Shown here piece by piece: positions 58,036 to 64,000 of a DNA stretch of 64,000 bases. The first letter of the stretch is position 1. Each line of letters opens with the position of its first letter. The DNA is from an uncultured Candidatus Saccharibacteria bacterium. Lineage in GTDB: Bacteria > Patescibacteriota > Minisyncoccia > SW-4-49-11. The stretch is from NCBI GenBank assembly GCA_964633865.1, contig CAZWIJ010000003.1, positions 40,656 through 104,655 of the forward strand. Direction: 5' to 3'. Position numbers and translations under genes: made by a program. The notes under the pieces were generated by a model. That model made no database searches, was not told where the DNA came from, and saw only the letters and a program-made list of their open reading frames with translations.

Positions 58036-60804
58036 TTGAACTTATTCAGGTTCAACCCGAATGCTAAAGTTCTAATAATTGTGGGTGTAAGATCTAATCT
58101 TCTTACTCAAAATCTAAAAATTATCAGAAATCAATTTGATAATCAAGGATTAAGATCCGTATCTACGGGTATAATGAAATCCGATACCAATTACACCATT
58201 AATTTAGTGACTTGGCAAGGTTTAAATTCTTTATACAAAAAAGATTTAATACAAGATTATTGGTTTGATCTCGTGGTTGTAGATGAATTTCATAATGCTG
58301 GCACAAATCGCCGATTAGAAATTCTATCAAGCTTGAAAAAGACTAATGTTGTTGGTATGTCCGCAACTCCAGTCAGAGCAGGTGGATTATATTTAAATCC
58401 TGAAGACTATGGATTTAAACTAATTTATCAACACTCTTATGCTGATTGTATTAAAAGAGGTTTACTTACTCCTTTGTTCATTCAGGCTCGAGATACAGGA
58501 ATAACCTTATCTCCAAGAGTGGAAAGTAAGGATGGAGATTTAATCTCATATATTGTCAACAAAGAAGTTGCTGATAGTGGGATTATTTCTAGAATTTCTA
58601 AAGATCTTTTGAAAGAAGATTTACTTTTACAGGGAATAAAAACTCTGGTAATTGTTAATTCAAAAAAAGAAGCTATAGCGGTAAAAGAAATTCTTATTAA
58701 GAAATTTAAGACTGAAGTTTATATTTCTCATTTTTATTCTGAAGAAGAAGATAAAGAAATTTTGAGAAAATATGCTCTTCCAAAAGAGAATATTGAATCT
58801 TTGCAGATTTTAGTTTCTGTAAATCGGCTAATTGAAGGTTATGATAATCCTTTGATTCAAGCAGAAATCTGGATTAGTCCTACTAAGTCTAGTGTTAGAT
58901 TCTGTCAATACTTGGGAAGAGTATCAAGAAAAGCTCCTGGAAAAAATTTTAGTATCTTGATTGAATACCAATATCATATATTGGGTTCATCCTTACCTTA
59001 CAACTATACTAAATTTTTTAGTGAAGAAGAGTTAGAATGGGTAAATAATAATTGGGTCGCTATATGCCCCCAAAATAAATTAGAGAATTTATCTGAATTA
59101 GATGGAATTCTCAATAATTATAAAAGTATTTTCCCTGCCTTCACAAGAAATAGAAGTAAAGGAGATTATCCTCAAAATAAAGATTATTCAGTTATTCCAA
59201 ATACTTGGTATAGTATGGCTGGTATGACTTCTATCTTTGGACAAGGTGCCTCAGTAAAAGAAACTATTACAAATCTGTCTTCTCAATCTGAATTTCAAGA
59301 TAAATTTAAATTTGGTAAAAAAGCAGGACCTGGTAGTGGAATACCAACTATTTATTATTCTCCTGACTTTGTTCACAGATTATTAGAATTAGGTTTAACA
59401 ATTCAGATTCCCAGAGGCTGGTTTGATAAAGAATTTTTGAATGATCACTTTGATATCAAAGATTTAAGTGTGATCAAGGTTATGAATTTACTTTATGCAG
59501 AGTCTACTGAAGATCTTTACCTAAAGATTTTAGATCAAGGTTTGTATTCTAAAAAATTCATCCAAAGAATGCTTAATCTTTTACCAGTTAGTAAAATCAA
59601 GAATTTTTTTACTCAAAGAGAAATTTTTGAAATGGCATTAGAATTTGAGATGATCTCTATCTCGAGAGAATTCCTTGAAAAAGCAATCAATCTTAATCCT
59701 AATTTATGCTTCAAGAAATTTATTAACGGAAAAGAGGTGGATATTTTTCTTCAAGAAATTCTAAGGAAAGTTGAAAATCTTTTATTCAAAGCTAATTATA
59801 ATTTACTTATGATTAGTAATGAAATGATGAATAACCAAGATCTTTATGGAGGTATTTATTTAAGAGAAGAGCCAGAACCTTGGGAATGGACTTGGAAAGA
59901 AAACATTCCTAAATGGACTTGGGAAGATGAATTGGAATTTGATACAGAAATGTATGATTATTTTTATGAAGACATCTATGATCATCATTCTTTCAATCCT
60001 CCTGTCTTTGATTCAAAAGCTAAGTCAAAACCAGATTCAGAATTAGTCATTGCTAAGTCCATTGAGGGTTTTGATATCTTTTATAATGGTTTAGGTAAAT
60101 TAGTTTTTCCAGAATATTTTGAGTCTGGAAATTATGATTTGGACTTAGAAGAAAAACAAGATTTAGAAGAATTTAAGGAAAAAGTTTTAGAATATTTTTG
60201 TAAGCAACATACAGTGAATAATGCTGTTAGTACTTTAATTAAGTTATTACAAAAATATCCTCACTTAAAATCTTTTACTTGTGTTTTGAGTGAAGAAAAT
60301 ATTATTAATTTGAATACAAAATTAGTAGACGAGAATTTCTTAAATATTTCTATCAAGGATATTCCCATTTATAATATTCCTTTAAAATCTTCTTTGTCCG
60401 AAATAATTAATCCCAATATCTATAAAATTTATCATATCATATTATCTTTGGATACTTGGTCTGAATATATTATAGATACTAGTTTTGGTAAGATTTATCC
60501 CAAATGGTTGATTGAAATTATTAATGTAATTTATAAATTAACCATACTTGCTATCAAACATGGTTTTTATGATATTAAGAAAGTTAATAGAATAAGACCT
60601 ATTAAAACATATAAAAGCCACGAAAAAATTTATAAGGAGTTTTTTAATGAAAAAATTTATCAAAAAATTTCTTATACTAATAGCTGGAATACTAGAAAAA
60701 AGGAATGTTATTATGTTGATAGACAAGATGATTTACAAGAATTAATTTATTATATTCCAAATGAATTAATCTTAGGGAATTATATTCTTAAGAAAAAAGA
60801 CTAA
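58036..60804 (+). CDS. SF2 helicase-like protein (ResIII/DEAH type) lacking Walker A, with long unknown C-terminus
   Basis: VVDEFH, GMSATP, LIEGYD and QYLGRVSR are present; no GxGKT. Confidence 0.75.
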   Translation: MNLFRFNPNAKVLIIVGVRSNLLTQNLKIIRNQFDNQGLRSVSTGIMKSDTNYTINLVTWQGLNSLYKKDLIQDYWFDLVVVDEFHNAGTNRRLEILSSLKKTNVVGMSATPVRAGGLYLNPEDYGFKLIYQHSYADCIKRGLLTPLFIQARDTGITLSPRVESKDGDLISYIVNKEVADSGIISRISKDLLKEDLLLQGIKTLVIVNSKKEAIAVKEILIKKFKTEVYISHFYSEEEDKEILRKYALPKENIESLQILVSVNRLIEGYDNPLIQAEIWISPTKSSVRFCQYLGRVSRKAPGKNFSILIEYQYHILGSSLPYNYTKFFSEEELEWVNNNWVAICPQNKLENLSELDGILNNYKSIFPAFTRNRSKGDYPQNKDYSVIPNTWYSMAGMTSIFGQGASVKETITNLSSQSEFQDKFKFGKKAGPGSGIPTIYYSPDFVHRLLELGLTIQIPRGWFDKEFLNDHFDIKDLSVIKVMNLLYAESTEDLYLKILDQGLYSKKFIQRMLNLLPVSKIKNFFTQREIFEMALEFEMISISREFLEKAINLNPNLCFKKFINGKEVDIFLQEILRKVENLLFKANYNLLMISNEMMNNQDLYGGIYLREEPEPWEWTWKENIPKWTWEDELEFDTEMYDYFYEDIYDHHSFNPPVFDSKAKSKPDSELVIAKSIEGFDIFYNGLGKLVFPEYFESGNYDLDLEEKQDLEEFKEKVLEYFCKQHTVNNAVSTLIKLLQKYPHLKSFTCVLSEENIINLNTKLVDENFLNISIKDIPIYNIPLKSSLSEIINPNIYKIYHIILSLDTWSEYIIDTSFGKIYPKWLIEIINVIYKLTILAIKHGFYDIKKVNRIRPIKTYKSHEKIYKEFFNEKIYQKISYTNSWNTRKKECYYVDRQDDLQELIYYIPNELILGNYILKKKD

Positions 60805-60822
60805 TCTTTAATCAAAATTTAT

Positions 60823-60854
60823 AAGCCTATTTAACTATAGGCTTTTCTTTTTTT
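60823..60854 (+). terminator. intrinsic terminator
   Basis: AAGCCTAT-ttaact-ATAGGCTT plus T-tract. Confidence 0.8.
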
Positions 60855-60914
60855 AAAAGCTTTAGATTAAACTCTATTGACTGAAATACTATTTGATAGT
60901 ATTATATATTTATT

Positions 60915-60990
60915 CGGGGTGTGGCGCAGTGGCTAGCGCACCTGGTTTGGGACCAGGGGGTCGCAGGTTCAAATCCTGTCTCCCCGACCA
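60915..60990 (+). tRNA. tRNA-Pro(TGG), CCA encoded
   Basis: CGGGGTG...CTCCCCG-ACCA; CCTGG-TTTGGGA-CCAGG. Confidence 0.95.
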
Positions 60991-60998
60991 CAACAAAT

Positions 60999-61032
60999 AA
61001 AAATAGATTGTAAATTTATACAATCTATTTTT
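60999..61032. terminator. bidirectional terminator
   Basis: AAAAATAGATTGTA-aattta-TACAATCTATTTTT. Confidence 0.75.
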
Positions 61033-61042
61033 TAATATTCAA

Positions 61043-61267
61043 CTACAATTTAAATTTGGATTCTTCAATTCTATCAACAAATAAAACTATCTTTATTATC
61101 CATAAACAACTAATAAAGTGAACCCAAAACAAAATTAAATATACACCCGACAAAATAATATCCTTAATATGATAATTTATTAATGCTATTATAAATGTAA
61201 CTAGTATTATTAATAAAAATAATGCCGTTGTTAATAATATATTTCTCAATGTTAATTGTATTAACAT
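61043..61267 (-). CDS. small two-TM membrane protein
   Basis: 74-aa hydrophobic ORF with plausible upstream promoter. Confidence 0.55.
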   Translation of the reverse strand: MLIQLTLRNILLTTALFLLIILVTFIIALINYHIKDIILSGVYLILFWVHFISCLWIIKIVLFVDRIEESKFKL

Positions 61268-61343
61268 AAAATACCTATATAAAATAACTTATGGATTCTA
61301 TCACAAATTATATCTTTTTACAATAGTTAATTCCTATAATTTT

Positions 61344-63080
61344 TTAAATCTTTGATTGTAGCTCATCTAAATAATTAGCAACCCTAACCCACATTTCTTC
61401 TTGTTTCATAAGTTCTAAACTAGCATTTGTATTAACTAAAATATCTTCTTTTTTAATTTTTGAAATTTTTCTCTCAATACTTTGTAATTCTTTTTTGACT
61501 TTATAAATCTCTTTTTGTAATTCTTTATTTTTACTAACATTTTTTACTTCGATATTCTGTTCTTTTACTTTTTCAGAATGATCTATATTTAACCTTTGGT
61601 CTAGGTTATATAAATATTCATTATATTTACCAGGATATTTACTAAATTTACCATCCCTCACTTCCCAAATAACATTAGCTAGAATATTAACAAAAGTTCT
61701 ATCATGAGAAACAAAAATCACAGTTCCATTGAACTCTTGTAAGGATCTAGCCATTATCTCAACTGTATCTACATCAAGATGGTTAGTAGGTTCATCTAAA
61801 ATCAAAACATCATAACTTCCTAAAAAAACACTAGCTAAATTTAATCGAGATTTTTCTCCTCCAGACAATACTCCAATCAACTTAGTCCAATCTTCTTTTT
61901 TGAAAAGGAAACTTCCCAAAGTAGATTTAACTTGTTCATCAGTAATCTCAAAAGCAATTTTTTGCCTAAAATAATCATAAATATTCACTTCATAAGGTAA
62001 TTCCTGTTCTATATGTTGCCCAAAATATCCAACATTCAAAGAATCTGTCCATTTGAATTTACCATCCAAAACCTCTAAATAGCCAGCAAGAGTCTTTAGT
62101 AAAGTAGACTTACCTTGTCCATTATCTCCAAGTACAGCTATTTTTTCCCCACGATTTATATCCAAATTAATTTCATCTGAAATAACTTTATTCTTATAAC
62201 CAATAGCCAAATTTTCTACTCTTAAAGCTAAACCATTTTTTGTAAAAACCTTAGGAATAAACATTCTGACTTTTGTATTAGAAACATAAACCTTGCTCTT
62301 TTCTTGTTCAAGTCTTTCTATATTTTTTTCTTTAGATTTGGCTTGCTTAGCTTTACTTGCCTTTGCACCAAATCTATCTACAAAACTTTGTAATTGAGCT
62401 TGCTTTTTATCAATATTTTGATTAACCTTGAGATTATGCTCTCTTTCTAACTCTTTTTTAGATAAATAAGTATCAAGATCTCCTTCAAAAGTCTTAATTT
62501 GCCCTTGCTCCACTTCCATAATAGCAGTTGAAACTTGCCTAATGAATTCTCTATCATGAGTAATCAAAAGAATAGTACCTTTAAAACTTTTAATCCAATT
62601 TTCTAAAAGTAAAATAGTAGACAAATCAAGATAATTAGTTGGTTCATCAAGTAAAATCAAGTTAGGATTAAGTAAGATCATAGACAAAATCTTTACTCTC
62701 ATCCTAAAGCCACCAGACAAAGATAATACTTCTTTATCAACCAAATCTTGAATTTGAAACTGATTAACTTGTTTTTTTATTTCCCAATCTGGAACTTTTG
62801 TCCACCTTAATAGAAAATCTAAGACTGAATCACCCTCTATAAAAGGATCTTCTTGAGGAATAAAACCTATCTTAGCAAAATTAGCTAAATTAATAACTCC
62901 ATCATCTTGTTCTTCCTTTCCTAATATAATTTTAAATAAAGTTGACTTCCCAGCACCATTAGCTCCAATAACTCCATATATATTATTTTCTAAAATAGAG
63001 GCATTAGCTTCATGAAAAATTTCTTTATTCCCATACATTTTATGTAAATTTTCAATGTGTATAATCTCTCTTTTCGCCAT
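61344..63080 (-). CDS. ABC-F family ATPase
   Basis: GANGAGKST, LSGG, DEPTN twice; QSFVDRFGAKASKAKQAKS linker. Confidence 0.92.
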   Translation of the reverse strand: MAKREIIHIENLHKMYGNKEIFHEANASILENNIYGVIGANGAGKSTLFKIILGKEEQDDGVINLANFAKIGFIPQEDPFIEGDSVLDFLLRWTKVPDWEIKKQVNQFQIQDLVDKEVLSLSGGFRMRVKILSMILLNPNLILLDEPTNYLDLSTILLLENWIKSFKGTILLITHDREFIRQVSTAIMEVEQGQIKTFEGDLDTYLSKKELEREHNLKVNQNIDKKQAQLQSFVDRFGAKASKAKQAKSKEKNIERLEQEKSKVYVSNTKVRMFIPKVFTKNGLALRVENLAIGYKNKVISDEINLDINRGEKIAVLGDNGQGKSTLLKTLAGYLEVLDGKFKWTDSLNVGYFGQHIEQELPYEVNIYDYFRQKIAFEITDEQVKSTLGSFLFKKEDWTKLIGVLSGGEKSRLNLASVFLGSYDVLILDEPTNHLDVDTVEIMARSLQEFNGTVIFVSHDRTFVNILANVIWEVRDGKFSKYPGKYNEYLYNLDQRLNIDHSEKVKEQNIEVKNVSKNKELQKEIYKVKKELQSIERKISKIKKEDILVNTNASLELMKQEEMWVRVANYLDELQSKI

Positions 63081-63095
63081 AAAATTATTTCTTAT

Positions 63096-64000
63096 CTATT
63101 TTTTACTAAATCTTTTACTTTTAAAATAATTTAAATGTATCTTAGATTTATAAATAGAATCTTTTTTACTAAAATTTATTATCCAATATATAAAACCACC
63201 AAACACCACGAACATTAGTATACCATAATTTAGAAATTCTGCTATCATATGTAAATTAGTTTTAGAATAAGAATATACACACTTGTCATTCTCAGGTAAA
63301 TCAAATTTCTGCATACTATCTCTATAGAGAGAAGCTTTAATTTCACCCCTATTCTCACAAATAAATTTAAATTGAGGAGAATAAGGCTCTGCGACAATAA
63401 CCTCCTCTGATTCATCTGTATTTACAATCAAATTCCTACTAAAATCTTGATTATATTCATCCGAATGTAAATAAGACTTCACACCTCTTACTTCCCACAC
63501 AGTATAATGCCAATCTGAAGTAGTATGTACAAATTTCATTTTATTATCTTTTAATAATTCACAAGTAATCTTACTCCTATTAGTATTATCTTTCTCATCA
63601 GAGCAATAATCTTGAAAATCACTCGTAATAATATATTTTACATTATATTCTTTGAGATACTCCCATCTTTCTTTATTCGACATTTTATCTAGTACAAGAT
63701 TAAATTGATTAAAATTTCTCTGATCTTTAGCCAAAAATCTAGTATGAAGCCATGATCCATCATCGTCTTGAGTTAAATCTAGGATTCTATATTTTTGGTC
63801 TGGATTAAGGTTCATCATATAATCTTGTATCTCTTTCATACCAGGATAATGATAAGCTAGATCTGGGACAGTAACAAAAGTTTTCAAAATCCCTTTAGAA
63901 TAAACTCTAGCACTAAAAAATCCTCCCAATAAAAGAATGATACTACCGAAAACAACAATGTAACGAGAACTTTTCCATTTAACACTATTATAGACAAAAT
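63096..64000 (-). CDS. C-terminal part of membrane protein (YfhO/GT-C-like), truncated by window edge
   Basis: Frame is open to window end; LKEYNVKYII; C-terminal TM; layout resembles 29346-31322. Confidence 0.6.
   Translation of the reverse strand, partial: FVYNSVKWKSSRYIVVFGSIILLLGGFFSARVYSKGILKTFVTVPDLAYHYPGMKEIQDYMMNLNPDQKYRILDLTQDDDGSWLHTRFLAKDQRNFNQFNLVLDKMSNKERWEYLKEYNVKYIITSDFQDYCSDEKDNTNRSKITCELLKDNKMKFVHTTSDWHYTVWEVRGVKSYLHSDEYNQDFSRNLIVNTDESEEVIVAEPYSPQFKFICENRGEIKASLYRDSMQKFDLPENDKCVYSYSKTNLHMIAEFLNYGILMFVVFGGFIYWIINFSKKDSIYKSKIHLNYFKSKRFSKK

Noticed and set aside
594-60726. Short antisense ORFs in the track (e.g. 594-812, 3413-3658, 34389-34718, 36900-37187, 38858-39364, 42411-42806, 53601-53933)
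   Set aside because: They are shadows of real genes on the opposite strand, with no motifs or expression signals.
1-64000. Alternative genetic code (TGA=Gly, code 25) or TAA reassignment
   Set aside because: Conserved genes are intact under code 11, grpE ends in TGA, and most genes end in TAA at the expected C-termini.

Overview
Very AT-rich bacterial chromosome segment, standard genetic code (grpE ends in TGA overlapping the next ATG). Gene content and style suggest Patescibacteria/CPR (inference). The backbone is housekeeping: pcrA, murJ, mutM, map, adk, rfbD, metK, sod, mreB, hrcA-grpE, tyrS, lon, rpsA, ftsH, lepA, glyQS, gmk, tatD, a class A PBP, an RND exporter, two ABC-Fs and several glycosyltransferases. 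There are five tRNAs: Phe-GAA, Gly-TCC, Ser-GGA, Ile-TAT and Pro-TGG. I saw no CRISPR array, rRNA, transposase, integrase or reverse transcriptase. The main unexplained signals are: (1) dispersed stand-alone orphan genes that share a sigma70 promoter, a boxA-like GYACWTT motif exactly 6 nt after the -10 box, and their own terminator; (2) a transcription unit encoding only a 5-aa peptide (MGTVS) behind a near-perfect Shine-Dalgarno; (3) a 63-bp-repeat LRR-like protein whose variable codons are nearly all AAT-derived; (4) a pilin fused to a 7 x 204-bp beta-propeller; (5) tRNA-Ile(UAU); (6) a CIRCE-like operator on the RND promoter; (7) Bacteroidota-like metK and gmk; (8) single in-frame TAA interruptions in two genes. 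Product calls come from motif recognition only; no database searches were run.
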